From positions 77,936 to 141,935 of IMG/VR virus record IMGVR_UViG_3300021399_000111: DNA of 64,000 nucleotides. One strand, given 5' to 3'. Below are positions 1 to 10,155 of the stretch, in pieces. The DNA comes from a virus (Duplodnaviria > Caudoviricetes). How positions within the stretch are numbered: position 1 is the stretch's first letter; every line of letters begins with the position of its first letter. A program made the position numbers and the translations under genes. The notes beneath the pieces are model-generated. The model had not been told where the DNA came from and made no database searches. It saw only the letters and a program-made list of their open reading frames with translations.

Positions 1-111
1 AACTGGTTTTAATCCAGACTTAGCATCAGGTATTGCTCTATCTGAATTTACTGCATAACTATATTCAATAAAATTTATACCTAATTCATTTTTAATATCA
101 TTAGTTATCAA
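1..111 (-). CDS. gyrA: Type IIA topoisomerase subunit A (GyrA/ParC), 5' part only, runs off window
   Basis: Not in ORF track. TTG start at 111 overlaps the GIY-YIG stop, with a GAAGGAG RBS. Translates MITNDIKNELGINFIEYSYAVNSDRAIPDAKSGLKPV, containing the GyrA/ParC RAIPD..GLKPV motif. Confidence 0.9.
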   Translation of the reverse strand, partial: MITNDIKNELGINFIEYSYAVNSDRAIPDAKSGLKPV

Positions 112-833
112 TTTAGTTCTCCTTCTCTACAATATTGAAAAGTATATCCTTCTTGAGTCTTTCTTTTATTTTCTAATACTTCACTAATATGATTTGATTT
201 AAGATTTAAAATTCTTTTACATTCTAATTTATTTGTAAATGGTCCAAATACTTCTCCAGTTTTTATATTTCTTGCTATAAAAGGAGTAACTTTCATCTTT
301 GCTACTCTAATACACTCTTGTAATCTTTCTTCAGTAAAAGTAGCTTTATCAATACAAATTACTCCATTACAATAATACATTTGATTATGAAGCATTCGAT
401 ATATATCACCTTTGCTCATATTATGCTCTCTAGCAAATTCTCTTTGATTAAGAAATTCTCCTAATTTATTACCTTTTAAATCAAATGCATAAAATGGATA
501 ACTACCACATTGTTTTAAAAATTTATCTGTAATTATAATAGTTTCTCCACCATCTTTTGTATTATAGCCTTCTTCAATACTATTATAATAAATTATCCAT
601 TTTTTTTCTTTTTCATCTAACTCTTCTTGAGAATTTGCTGTATCAATAATCTCCCAGATAAAAGATTCTTCAGGGTACTTTCTTAAAGCATTTATAAAAT
701 GAGTATTATAATTTTTTTCTTGTCTTGCTTTATAATAATGTTTATTTTTTCTTTCTTGTAAAGTTTGAATTGTTTGACCAATATAAATTTTATTATTTTC
801 TTTATTTGTTACTTTATAAATTATCCCATACAT
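108..833 (-). CDS. Free-standing GIY-YIG homing endonuclease with C-terminal NUMOD-like DNA-binding repeats
   Basis: N-terminal GIIY...IYIGQT, conserved R/E and GYN..GG motifs; lies between gyrB and gyrA. Confidence 0.9.
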   Translation of the reverse strand: MYGIIYKVTNKENNKIYIGQTIQTLQERKNKHYYKARQEKNYNTHFINALRKYPEESFIWEIIDTANSQEELDEKEKKWIIYYNSIEEGYNTKDGGETIIITDKFLKQCGSYPFYAFDLKGNKLGEFLNQREFAREHNMSKGDIYRMLHNQMYYCNGVICIDKATFTEERLQECIRVAKMKVTPFIARNIKTGEVFGPFTNKLECKRILNLKSNHISEVLENKRKTQEGYTFQYCREGELN

Positions 834-956
834 TTTTTTAAGAACCTCCTTTATTTGTTCTATTATATATGAAAATAAAGGAAGATAATTTATCTACTTT
901 TACCCAATTTGGGTAAAAAATTTTTAAAGATCATGGCAGTCTAGGTCAATGTTTTA

Positions 957-1139
957 TCAGCCTAACTCCCGTGGCTTAAAATTAGGATCTATATTTTGTA
1001 ATAGTTCTTCAAAATATTTTAATCTTTCCTTGTCATCTTCTTCATGATCTTCTGAAAATTCACTTTTAAGTATTAAAGAAAGCTCCTCAAGAACACTTTT
1101 AAATTCTTCATATATTTCACTTAATGTATTATTCTGCAT
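957..1139 (-). CDS. Small acidic hypothetical protein overlapping the gyrB stop
   Basis: ATG lies inside the gyrB end (ATGCAGAATAA); 60 aa. Confidence 0.55.
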   Translation of the reverse strand: MQNNTLSEIYEEFKSVLEELSLILKSEFSEDHEEDDKERLKYFEELLQNIDPNFKPRELG

Positions 1140-3039
1140 TATATTTTCCAGCCTCCTGTGAATGTTCTTTAATATATACCTTCCTTGCGGTTACCCCAGT
1201 TCCCATTAACTGTTCAAATAAAATATCAGTTTCTCTTACATCTTCAACTGTAATTTGCTTAATAATCCTATTATTAGGATCGGTTAAAGTTTCTTCAGTT
1301 TCTTCAACAGACATTTCACCGAGGCCTTTAAGTCTATTTACAGTATATTTCTTACCTTGATTAGCTCTCTTAAATTCTTCAAGTGCTTCATCATTTTTAA
1401 GATACTTATACTCTTTACCTATTGTAATCTTATAAAGAGGAGGAACTCCTGCATAAATATAACCATCTTGAATTAACTGCGGACAAAAATTCCAAATGAA
1501 AGTATAGAAAAGATTCTTAATATGTGCTCCATCAACATCAGCATCGCTCATAATAATAATTTTTCCATATCTCAAATCTTCTTTATCATAGGTAACTTTC
1601 ATTGTTTTTGGATCAATTCTTAAACCAAACGCTTCAATCATTGTCATAATCTCTGCATTTTTCTGAATTTGCGCTAAAGTTGCCTTTTGTGTATTAAGAA
1701 TTTTTCCTCTAACAGGTAAAACTGCTTGTGTTGCGTTATTTCTTGCAAGTTTGATATTACCAGAAGCACTATCACCCTCTGTAATATAAATTTCACATTC
1801 CATTCTATTTTTGGAATTGCAATCGGCAAGTTTACTATCAAATTTAATTACTTTTTCTTTTTTCTTCTTTTCAGTTTCACGAGCTGCATCTCTAGCTTTT
1901 TTAGCCGCCTCCCGCGCTTTACGAGCGGAAATTGCTTTATCAAAAATTACCTTTATATCTTTTTCATTAAAAGATAACCAATTTTGGATATTTTCTGTCA
2001 ATTCAGAAGTAAATGGACTCATATCCAATTTTACAATTCTGCTTTTAGTCTGAGCATCATAAGACACTCCAGATGTTGTGATATTAAATGCAATTAACAT
2101 TCCCTCTTGAATATCAGATCCATCAAGAGTTTCTTCTTTTTCTTTTAACCAACCTTTTTCTTTAAAGAATTTGTTAAATTCTCTTGTAATGGTTGATTTA
2201 ATTTGTGTAATATGAGGTCCACTATCTGTTTCACCTGTATTAACATATGAAATAAGATTAAGTGAATAATTAGTTGTATAAGTTAATACAAAATCTAATC
2301 TATTTTTCCCATTAGAATAATTAATATTTAATCTATTTTTAAGAATTTCATTATCTTTAACGATGTCATTAACTAAATCATTTAATCCATTATTAGAATG
2401 ATATGTAATTAAATCTTTCCCATTATGAGTTAAATTAATAGTTAATCCTTTGCATAGGCAAGTTAAAGTATGAAATAATTTTTTAATTCTCTCTACATCA
2501 ATCTGAGTGTGTGTAAAAAACTTTGCGCTAGGCTTCCATTCAACAATAGTACCAGTATGAAAATCGCCTTGTTTTCCGACTTCTCTTTTATTAAAAACTC
2601 CTTCAACAAAATGAATATGCTCACTTCTACCATCTCTATAGGTGTAAACATCAAGCCAATTACTTAAAAAATTAGTAAGTTTTGAACCAATACCGTTAAG
2701 ACCAAGAGCAGTCCCTTCATAAACTCCATCATCAGAAAATTTTCCAGATGTATTTAAAACATCAAAAGAAGCCTGAAGAACAGTTTCTCCATCTTCACGC
2801 TTAACATTAACAGGAAATCCCTGAGCAAAGTCTTCTACTCTACAACAACCATCATCTTGATAATCTACATTAATAATATTTCCATGCCCTACCGACCATT
2901 CATCTATTGCATTAGAAACAATTTCAATAAGTAATTGAGTTGAATATTCTGTTGAACCGCAATAAACTCCAGGACGAAGCCGAGTAAATTCAAGAGGTGA
3001 TAATGATTCAATTGATTTATCATTATATAAATTACTCAT
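1129..3039 (-). CDS. gyrB: Type IIA topoisomerase subunit B (GyrB/ParE)
   Basis: RLRPGVY, EIVSNAIDE, GKF, GLNGIG (GHKL ATPase); TEGDSA, PVRGKILN, DADVDGAHI (TOPRIM); RLKGLGEM. Confidence 0.97.
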   Translation of the reverse strand: MSNLYNDKSIESLSPLEFTRLRPGVYCGSTEYSTQLLIEIVSNAIDEWSVGHGNIINVDYQDDGCCRVEDFAQGFPVNVKREDGETVLQASFDVLNTSGKFSDDGVYEGTALGLNGIGSKLTNFLSNWLDVYTYRDGRSEHIHFVEGVFNKREVGKQGDFHTGTIVEWKPSAKFFTHTQIDVERIKKLFHTLTCLCKGLTINLTHNGKDLITYHSNNGLNDLVNDIVKDNEILKNRLNINYSNGKNRLDFVLTYTTNYSLNLISYVNTGETDSGPHITQIKSTITREFNKFFKEKGWLKEKEETLDGSDIQEGMLIAFNITTSGVSYDAQTKSRIVKLDMSPFTSELTENIQNWLSFNEKDIKVIFDKAISARKAREAAKKARDAARETEKKKKEKVIKFDSKLADCNSKNRMECEIYITEGDSASGNIKLARNNATQAVLPVRGKILNTQKATLAQIQKNAEIMTMIEAFGLRIDPKTMKVTYDKEDLRYGKIIIMSDADVDGAHIKNLFYTFIWNFCPQLIQDGYIYAGVPPLYKITIGKEYKYLKNDEALEEFKRANQGKKYTVNRLKGLGEMSVEETEETLTDPNNRIIKQITVEDVRETDILFEQLMGTGVTARKVYIKEHSQEAGKYNAE

Positions 3040-3095
3040 TTTTTATCCTTTCCTTATTATTATAATATATATTATAACATATTTTTTATAAAAAA

Positions 3096-3614
3096 TCAAA
3101 TTATTATATCATAATTCTTAACTAATTTATTAAATTTTCCTTGATTATTTGCGGCAACCGCATCTGCTAATTCATTTTCTAAAAATCCAACATGACCAAC
3201 ACATTTTTTTATTGAATAATTAGTAGAATTATTTAATAAATTATATAATTCTTTTATTAAATCTAAATTTTTAATTGGCTTTCCTTTTGCTCTTGTCCAT
3301 CCATTTTTTGCCCATTCCCAAATCCATGTGGAACATAATTGTACTACATATGCAGAATCAGAATAAATAATATAGAAATAATTTTTATCTTCTTGAGCCT
3401 TTTTGAGAACATGTATTACCGCCATTAATTCCATTCTATTGTTTGTTGTATTTTCAAATCTTTCTGAATAACAATAGGCTAAATGAGTTTCTGGAAGCTT
3501 ATTTTGTTTAAATACAGTTGATAATCTTATAACACCAAAACCGCCAGGTCCTGGATTCCCAGAACAGGCTCCATCAGTATAATATTTTAATAAAGGTTTT
3601 TTTAACTTTTCCAT
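3096..3614 (-). CDS. rnhA: Ribonuclease HI
   Basis: YTDGACSGNPGPGG, TTNNRMEL, YSDSAY, GH.G..ENELAD motifs. Confidence 0.96.
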   Translation of the reverse strand: MEKLKKPLLKYYTDGACSGNPGPGGFGVIRLSTVFKQNKLPETHLAYCYSERFENTTNNRMELMAVIHVLKKAQEDKNYFYIIYSDSAYVVQLCSTWIWEWAKNGWTRAKGKPIKNLDLIKELYNLLNNSTNYSIKKCVGHVGFLENELADAVAANNQGKFNKLVKNYDIII

Positions 3615-3757
3615 TTTTTCCGCCCTCTAAAAAATCATTTCTGTATTCATAACTCTTATTCATTCTATTATAATTATAACAAAATTTTCGATAAAAGTCA
3701 AGCCTTTTTTATTTTTATTTTACTAGAAAAGAACAAGAAGATTTTTACAATAAAAAA

Positions 3758-3792
3758 AATGGCTGCGGAGGACTTTCGCCTTCTGCAGCCAT
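3758..3792 (-). terminator. Intrinsic terminator after the endolysin
   Basis: GGCTGCAGAAGG..CCTCCGCAGCC hairpin followed by a T-run on the minus strand. Confidence 0.8.
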
Positions 3793-3796
3793 AGAA

Positions 3797-4786
3797 TTAA
3801 AGTTTTTTAGTATATTTTAAATTAATCCATCCACCAGCTTTTAACTCACCCCAATTATTTTGTTCATTAATAATAGTATAAACACCTTTATCTTTAATAG
3901 AACCAATAATTGCATATGTTACACCTGGGCCTTTTCTAATATTTAAAGAAGATGCAGTAACTTGTATTTTATATTCATTGCTTGTAATTGCTGGGGTAGA
4001 TTGATTGATAATGGTAACATAATTAGGATTATTTATATAAATCCAGCCTGCACCGCTTTTTAATTTACCCCAACCATTTTGTTCTGCAACAATTGTATAA
4101 ACACTATTTTTTGGAACAACAGTAGTAATGGCGTATGAGTTTCCAGGGCCAGAACGAACATTTAATTCATTAACTTTAATTTTGACTTGATAATTTACTA
4201 TAGATGCCTCAGAAGTAGGAGTATCTTGTGCAGCTACTTTATTTAAAAAACTTCTCCAATTAACTAATGCTGTTTCATTTTTACACCATGGTTGAGGACA
4301 AGGTTTTCCAGTTACCATATGATGCATAATAACATGATCAATATCAATATTATATTTTTTCATAAGATATTTAGTTAATTCAATAGCATTATTAATGGTA
4401 GCCTCAGTTAAATACCAATCATCATCATTAACACTTAATGAGGTTGTATTTTTTTTATTACTACACATTTCAATACTAATGGAATTAGCATTTGTGCAGA
4501 TTTTATAAAATTTAGCACCTAAGGAAGTTTTACTACTTAATTTGCTTCCACCTACTGCCCATGTATAGCGATTTTCAATATTTCCATTATATTGAACAAT
4601 TTCAAAATCATCTACAATAAAATCTGCTGATGCCTCTCTAGAACTAGTGGCAAACATATTTGCAGCTGCAATAGCTTTGCCTCTAGAAGAAGAGGTTCCC
4701 GCAGTATAATGTAACACTATAAACTCAATTTTTCTTTTACTTTTAGCTGAAGTATTATGAGTGCTATTTCTTTGGATAATGTTCAT
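3797..4786 (-). CDS. Endolysin: N-acetylmuramoyl-L-alanine amidase (Amidase_2) with two SH3b cell-wall-binding domains
   Basis: IVLHYTA, SISIEMC, H..VTGKPCP motifs; two LNVR/IRxGPG...WGxLK.G.GWI repeats. Confidence 0.93.
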   Translation of the reverse strand: MNIIQRNSTHNTSAKSKRKIEFIVLHYTAGTSSSRGKAIAAANMFATSSREASADFIVDDFEIVQYNGNIENRYTWAVGGSKLSSKTSLGAKFYKICTNANSISIEMCSNKKNTTSLSVNDDDWYLTEATINNAIELTKYLMKKYNIDIDHVIMHHMVTGKPCPQPWCKNETALVNWRSFLNKVAAQDTPTSEASIVNYQVKIKVNELNVRSGPGNSYAITTVVPKNSVYTIVAEQNGWGKLKSGAGWIYINNPNYVTIINQSTPAITSNEYKIQVTASSLNIRKGPGVTYAIIGSIKDKGVYTIINEQNNWGELKAGGWINLKYTKKL

Positions 4787-5085
4787 CTTAAACTTTCCTC
4801 CTCATCATTTTCTAAATTTCTCATAGCAGTTTCATATACAATTCCATCTTTAGTATTTTCTGCTTTTGATTTAGAACAATAAATTCCATAAGATAATGTT
4901 TCTCCAATAACTGCGCCTAATAAGGTAATTAAAGGAGTGAAATCAGGCATTGTTTCAATTGCATAAGCAAGTGAAAATGATTTAATTGTAACCCAACCTG
5001 TAAAAATTTCTAATAAAAAGAAATTTATAAATAATAGAGTTAATAATAATTTACTATAAGATATTTTTTTCTCTTTCTTTTTCAT
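4783..5085 (-). CDS. Putative holin
   Basis: Two hydrophobic segments, basic N-terminus, stop overlaps the endolysin start. Confidence 0.6.
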   Translation of the reverse strand: MKKKEKKISYSKLLLTLLFINFFLLEIFTGWVTIKSFSLAYAIETMPDFTPLITLLGAVIGETLSYGIYCSKSKAENTKDGIVYETAMRNLENDEEESLR

Positions 5086-5126
5086 TGGCTCTCCTTTATA
5101 AAAAAAGAGAAGCTAATGCTTCTCTT

Positions 5127-6362
5127 TTACATTTGTTCTGCAATTTGGGCTATTTGACTACGATAAATATTTTGTAATTCAATTTCTCCATAAAAAGGTT
5201 GTCCTTTAAATACTTCTGATACCCTTCTCATTCCATTACTTGAGCCAGCATAAGAACTCATATCTACTTGATGAGCATAATCACCATCAATAATACAAAT
5301 ACTATCTTCTCCGATTCTTTGTAAAGCTAATCTCATTAATTCAATATCAAGATTTTGAGCTTCAGAAATATACACTGCGGCATTCATATTTGTAGTATCA
5401 TATCCGCGGATATCAGACATAGGTAATAAAATTAATTGACCATCATCAATTAATCTTTCTACAGCAATTCTATCACCTAATTTACTTTCCAATAAATTAC
5501 CAATTTGTGAATCTAAAAGTTTTTCTGTTCTAGATCCTGGATAAAATCCTAATCTTGCTGATCCTTTAGTTGCAACTGTGTTACAAAAAATAACTATCTT
5601 ATCAATTTTGCCACGTTCGAGTAGAGAAAACATATATCCAAAAGCTAAATATGTTTTTCCAGTTCCCGCCCTTCCGCGCAGCATAGTAATTTGATTATTA
5701 TTTAAACTATCTAAAGCGCATTGCTGGAATACATCACCATGTTTAGGAGCTATTTTTCCAAACATTTTAGATTCTGCTTTTTGAAATTGAACTGCTTCAT
5801 AATGTTCGTTTTTCCATTTATATTTATCAATTAATTCACCATTGCACTTAATAATAATATATTGATTTTCTAATAAATTATAGCTATTTTTATTATCCAC
5901 ATAATGAGTATAAAAATCAGCTAATCCTGTTTCATCTAATTCTAGGATTTTAAATCCTGTATATTCATTTGTTTCTTGCTGTCCTAATAGAGTGGCATCT
6001 AATCCAACTATATCTTTTGCAATTTTATAACATAATAAATCTTGAGTAATAAATTCTACATCTTTATTAAGTGCGGAAATAATTATTTTATTATCCGCAT
6101 TTAAAGGTAAAGAATAAGAAGATAAAAGTGGATCTAAATCTGTTGTGTAAGGGATTACTTCATATTTATTTTGGTTGTTGGCTAAGAGACGAATTATAGT
6201 ACGAGCATTATACTTTATTTCTTCATCTCTTGTACTTGAAGTTTTAATATTTTCTAATTCATTTATTGTAATTCCAGATATATAAAATTTTTCTTCTTCA
6301 TTAAAAGCTTTTTCTTGTAAAGCAAGCAAACTACAAGTGTCATAAAATTTAATTTTACTCAC
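5127..6362 (-). CDS. phoH: PIN-PhoH family protein
   Basis: N-terminal PIN domain (FYDTCSL, ADNKII, TQD); GRAGTGKT Walker A, LGFYPG, IRG, EAQN, DGD..Q.D, YRS motifs. Confidence 0.92.
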   Translation of the reverse strand: MSKIKFYDTCSLLALQEKAFNEEEKFYISGITINELENIKTSSTRDEEIKYNARTIIRLLANNQNKYEVIPYTTDLDPLLSSYSLPLNADNKIIISALNKDVEFITQDLLCYKIAKDIVGLDATLLGQQETNEYTGFKILELDETGLADFYTHYVDNKNSYNLLENQYIIIKCNGELIDKYKWKNEHYEAVQFQKAESKMFGKIAPKHGDVFQQCALDSLNNNQITMLRGRAGTGKTYLAFGYMFSLLERGKIDKIVIFCNTVATKGSARLGFYPGSRTEKLLDSQIGNLLESKLGDRIAVERLIDDGQLILLPMSDIRGYDTTNMNAAVYISEAQNLDIELMRLALQRIGEDSICIIDGDYAHQVDMSSYAGSSNGMRRVSEVFKGQPFYGEIELQNIYRSQIAQIAEQM

Positions 6363-6427
6363 ACTAAAGTCATCCTTTCTTTAAGTAATAATTTTTACAA
6401 TATTACTTAATTTTTTAAATAAGATAA

Positions 6428-6841
6428 TTAACCTTTTTTGTCATTTAGTTTCTTGAGTATCTTATCTTTTGCGGAAATGCTTGCTTTTAATTGAAGTTCT
6501 ATCATAGTAATTTCAGCAGCTAATTTATTAACTTCTTTAATGCGTCTATTTAATTGTCTAAACATTGCTTTAGCACTAGGATCTTCAGGATTAAAATTTT
6601 TATATTGCTGTACTGCAACAACAAATTTTCTACATTCTTCACATTTTTCCTTTTTTAATTTATGCTCATATTTTAATGCAGAAATTTGTGCTCTGGTTTC
6701 TGCGATGCGGCAACCAGTTAATTCAGACCATGCATCATCTGGATGGCACCAAGCTAATCCAACAAATTTTTTTCCTTTATGGCTTACAGTAACCGCAGAT
6801 TTTTTTAACCCAGGCTCTGTATGACTGTATACAAATTTCAT
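6428..6841 (-). CDS. Hypothetical phage protein
   Basis: RBS and upstream promoter; A.CHP.D...G..IA motif. Confidence 0.7.
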   Translation of the reverse strand: MKFVYSHTEPGLKKSAVTVSHKGKKFVGLAWCHPDDAWSELTGCRIAETRAQISALKYEHKLKKEKCEECRKFVVAVQQYKNFNPEDPSAKAMFRQLNRRIKEVNKLAAEITMIELQLKASISAKDKILKKLNDKKG

Positions 6842-6991
6842 AAAATTACCTACCTTTACATTTTTTCTTTTATTATATCATAATTTTTTAAAAAAGACAA
6901 TTTTATGCGGAAAATATCTAGCGTATGTGCGAAAATTCGTCCCCGTTATCCTAATTAAAAACCCTGGCATATGTAAGCCAGGGTTTTTTAA

Positions 6992-7237
6992 TTAATCATT
7001 ATTTATTTTGAATTGATAAAAAAAGCTTCCAATCCAAGAAAGTGTTCCTGCAAGTAATGGAATCTGATTAAGGGCTATCGAGATATGAACTAAACTCAAT
7101 CCTTCAATAAGCACTTTACCTATTGTAATTTTAGCAATCCAGCCTACAAAATAACCAAACCAGAAGAAAAGAAATGGCTCAATTAAAAAGAATATAATGA
7201 AAAATATTAATACTTTATATAAATTATCTCTTTTCAT
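6992..7237 (-). CDS. Hypothetical membrane protein
   Basis: Hydrophobic; overlaps the upstream gene. Confidence 0.65.
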   Translation of the reverse strand: MKRDNLYKVLIFFIIFFLIEPFLFFWFGYFVGWIAKITIGKVLIEGLSLVHISIALNQIPLLAGTLSWIGSFFYQFKINND

Positions 7238-7781
7238 TTATTTTATTTTTTATCCTTTCAATAATATCATCAAGAGACCATGGAGTACAATTATTAGTAT
7301 CCATTTCACAATGAAAAATAAGTCCTTTATCCCAATCAGCAAATGGATCTTGTGTATGACTATGTCCACAAAGACTAATCATTTTTGCGGAAAGTGGTTT
7401 ATCATCATCAAAATTGGAAGTAATACAAGGATAATGTGAAAGATAAAAATGATATTTACCATATTGAAGAAATTTACCTTCACAAATTTCAACAACATTC
7501 CAACAATGATTATAGAGTTTCATTCTATTATCACCATCATGGTTTCCGCGGATAATATGAATATTGCCTTTAAGCTGCTTAATACAATATAGTCCTTCTA
7601 TATCATCATTAAGCATCATATCTCCAAGACAATAAATATCATCATCTGGATTTACAATATTATTCCAATTATGTATAATAGCATTATTCATTTCATATAC
7701 AGAATCAAATCCGCGTGGGCGCCAAAGGAACTCGCGAGCATGACAAAAATGTGGATCACTAGACATAAAAATTCTACCCAT
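7224..7781 (-). CDS. Calcineurin-like metallophosphoesterase
   Basis: SDPHFCH, LGD, GNHD, SHYP, GHSH motifs. Confidence 0.92.
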   Translation of the reverse strand: MGRIFMSSDPHFCHAREFLWRPRGFDSVYEMNNAIIHNWNNIVNPDDDIYCLGDMMLNDDIEGLYCIKQLKGNIHIIRGNHDGDNRMKLYNHCWNVVEICEGKFLQYGKYHFYLSHYPCITSNFDDDKPLSAKMISLCGHSHTQDPFADWDKGLIFHCEMDTNNCTPWSLDDIIERIKNKINEKR

Positions 7782-8310
7782 TTGAAGTCTCCTTATTATT
7801 TACTTTGAATAAATGCTTTCTTTCTTGATCTGTATCGTCTATAATGTGAATAATATCAAAACCCTCTTCGAAAGTTGGCATAGTGATTTGTGTTGCCATT
7901 CTTCGGATTACCTGCTCAGGAACATAAAATCGAGTGTTAATACGATTTTCATTTCTGTGAAGAGCCCTCCATACAGGAACTTTAAAAAATACAATTTCAA
8001 CACAACAATCTTTTAAAGACATTCCTAATGCACGAAGAAGTTTTGTACGGGATGCTTCATTAATATGAGTGGCATCCGCAATAACAGTTTGTCCATTATC
8101 AAGAGCTTTTTTAATTTCAGATACAAAAATATCATAAACTTGTTTTTCTTTATGAAAATAATCTTCTCCATCTTCGAGTAAAGAAAATCGAATTTGATCA
8201 CGAGAAACTAACTTATCAATATTTGCTGTTGGATGCTCATAAAGCTCATTTGCATAAGTAGATTTGCCCGAGCCGGGGATTCCACTCATCATAATCAATC
8301 TTTTGCTCAT
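7774..8310 (-). CDS. Polynucleotide kinase (AAA_33, Pnk-like)
   Basis: GIPGSGKST, SRD.IR, DATH...R, RN.NR...VPE.VI motifs. Confidence 0.88.
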   Translation of the reverse strand: MSKRLIMMSGIPGSGKSTYANELYEHPTANIDKLVSRDQIRFSLLEDGEDYFHKEKQVYDIFVSEIKKALDNGQTVIADATHINEASRTKLLRALGMSLKDCCVEIVFFKVPVWRALHRNENRINTRFYVPEQVIRRMATQITMPTFEEGFDIIHIIDDTDQERKHLFKVNNKETSNG

Positions 8311-8598
8311 TTAAATAACACCTTCTTTCTTCATTTTGTCTTTAAAGATACCATAAGGAAGGATTCTGTTTTGTTGTTCATCAAAATTATGGTGTTCAAA
8401 TTCAAATAGAAAATCATCATGGCTATATTTAGAACCAGGAATGCATTCGACATGATTAATTGTGTCATTGCAAGTTAAACACCAAAGTCGTTTAAGGTGC
8501 CCCGGTGCTCGTTCTTTTCCCTTAACTCTAACTATTGGCAAACCGCGGCTGCCGCATTTACAACAATAAAATTCATGATCAAGTATTAATGTTCCCAT
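8311..8598 (-). CDS. Zinc-ribbon hypothetical protein
   Basis: CxxC...GHLK.LWCxxC. Confidence 0.65.
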   Translation of the reverse strand: MGTLILDHEFYCCKCGSRGLPIVRVKGKERAPGHLKRLWCLTCNDTINHVECIPGSKYSHDDFLFEFEHHNFDEQQNRILPYGIFKDKMKKEGVI

Positions 8599-8676
8599 AA
8601 AATATCACTCCTTTATTTGATTTTCTATATATATTATAATATATTTTTTATAGAAAATCAAATAAAGAAAATTTAA

Positions 8677-8901
8677 TTAAACAAATTGATTTAAAAAAGT
8701 ATCAAATTCTATTGCATCACTAGGATATTCAACAGTAACACCTTGAGAAACATCAATGGACATAATTCCCATTAAACTTTTTCCATCAATTACATATTTA
8801 CCTCTTTTAAGAGTTACATCTCCTTCTACTCTTGTTGCTTCTTGGATAAAATTAGTTACATCAGCGAGTCCATAAATTTTAATATATTTAGTTGCTATCA
8901 T
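8677..8901 (-). CDS. HPr-family (PTS phosphocarrier-like) protein lacking the His15 equivalent
   Basis: IDGKSLMGIMSI (Ser46 region of HPr); 74 aa; no His in the sequence. Confidence 0.8.
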   Translation of the reverse strand: MIATKYIKIYGLADVTNFIQEATRVEGDVTLKRGKYVIDGKSLMGIMSIDVSQGVTVEYPSDAIEFDTFLNQFV

Positions 8902-8970
8902 AATATACCTCCTTTTTATACAACAACTAGAGCGAGTTTTTCTCGCTCTAGTTTATTAATTTTATTTAAA

Positions 8971-10155
8971 TTACTGGTGGTAACGAACTAGAAACTCATT
9001 AGATACTGCCTTGAAACTTCTAGTCCCATCTGGAGATCTAAATACGAGCCCTTCTCTCATACCTTCATCAATAACAGAAGTGCCAGTTGCAATTTTGAGT
9101 AACTCGTCAACAGTATCGGGAAGAATAAAATGCTCATTGACGATAGGAACCCAATGGATGCCATATCTTTCAAGGAACTCTTTTGCTTCAATAGAATTCC
9201 ATCTTCCATCCTGTGAAGTAATGAAATTAAAAGCACGGAAATCATGGTCAGCCATTCCATAGTATCTTCTCTGAATGCCCGCGCCGAAAGTTTCTCCCTG
9301 GATAGTTACCCATTTAAGAGATTTATTGTTTTTAAGAATATCCTTAAGTACATTCTCAATATTGTACTTTTTAGCCATTTCAAGATAAACATTAGTATCA
9401 TAGAAACAAGCTTTGTCAGGAGTATCAAAAACTACATTTCGAGAGCAAACATAGAAATCATACTTTCCAAACTTATCTCTTTTCATAGTGAAAGTAGTGC
9501 TTGTACCATCTATCTTCTCAGTTGCAATCCACTCAGACTTATCTTCAAGAATCCAAGTCATGTTCTGGACTCTCTCTTCGTCAGTCTTTACAACCCAAGC
9601 AGGCCAGTTTCGTACATCTCTCTTCTTACCAAAAAGAAGAATAAATACTCTCCGCAGAAACTTATTTCTCTTAATTACTTTACCCCATTTTCTTGCAATC
9701 TTAGGATGACGAGCAAGAGCTGCATTAATTCTAGCATCAGGGTTAGATTTAGCCTTTCTCTTATTATCCTCTGGCTCAGCATAGGTTACGCCAAGCTTTT
9801 CAGTAAGGAAGTCTCCTTCTACAAGAGAAGTAGCATCCCAACCAAAGTCCTTTGCGCTCATAAGAAGACCCTGAGAATAAAAACCAGGATTTTTTCCACC
9901 AAAAGTATACTTTTGAGTTTTTACATTACCATGTTTCTTTTCAAGAAATGCAAACTCAGGCTTAGTAGTGTCTACATGAGAGTCGATTTCAAAATAAATT
10001 GCAAGATCTCCAGCATTGAAAGTCCCTTTTCTAACCATGACCTTCCAACCGCCAACTACAGCAGCTTCGCAGTTGTCAGAACCAACAATAGGCTCAATAG
10101 CATCAATTTTTACTACATAAGCGAGTTCTCTTACATTAGTATTAGGATTAAGCAT
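8971..10155 (-). CDS. ATP-dependent RNA ligase (Rnl2/DRB0094-like) with N-terminal OB domain
   Basis: KTDEERVQN, TEKIDGTS (motif I), QGE, AFN, EGLVFR, FKAVS motifs. Confidence 0.9.
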   Translation of the reverse strand: MLNPNTNVRELAYVVKIDAIEPIVGSDNCEAAVVGGWKVMVRKGTFNAGDLAIYFEIDSHVDTTKPEFAFLEKKHGNVKTQKYTFGGKNPGFYSQGLLMSAKDFGWDATSLVEGDFLTEKLGVTYAEPEDNKRKAKSNPDARINAALARHPKIARKWGKVIKRNKFLRRVFILLFGKKRDVRNWPAWVVKTDEERVQNMTWILEDKSEWIATEKIDGTSTTFTMKRDKFGKYDFYVCSRNVVFDTPDKACFYDTNVYLEMAKKYNIENVLKDILKNNKSLKWVTIQGETFGAGIQRRYYGMADHDFRAFNFITSQDGRWNSIEAKEFLERYGIHWVPIVNEHFILPDTVDELLKIATGTSVIDEGMREGLVFRSPDGTRSFKAVSNEFLVRYHQ

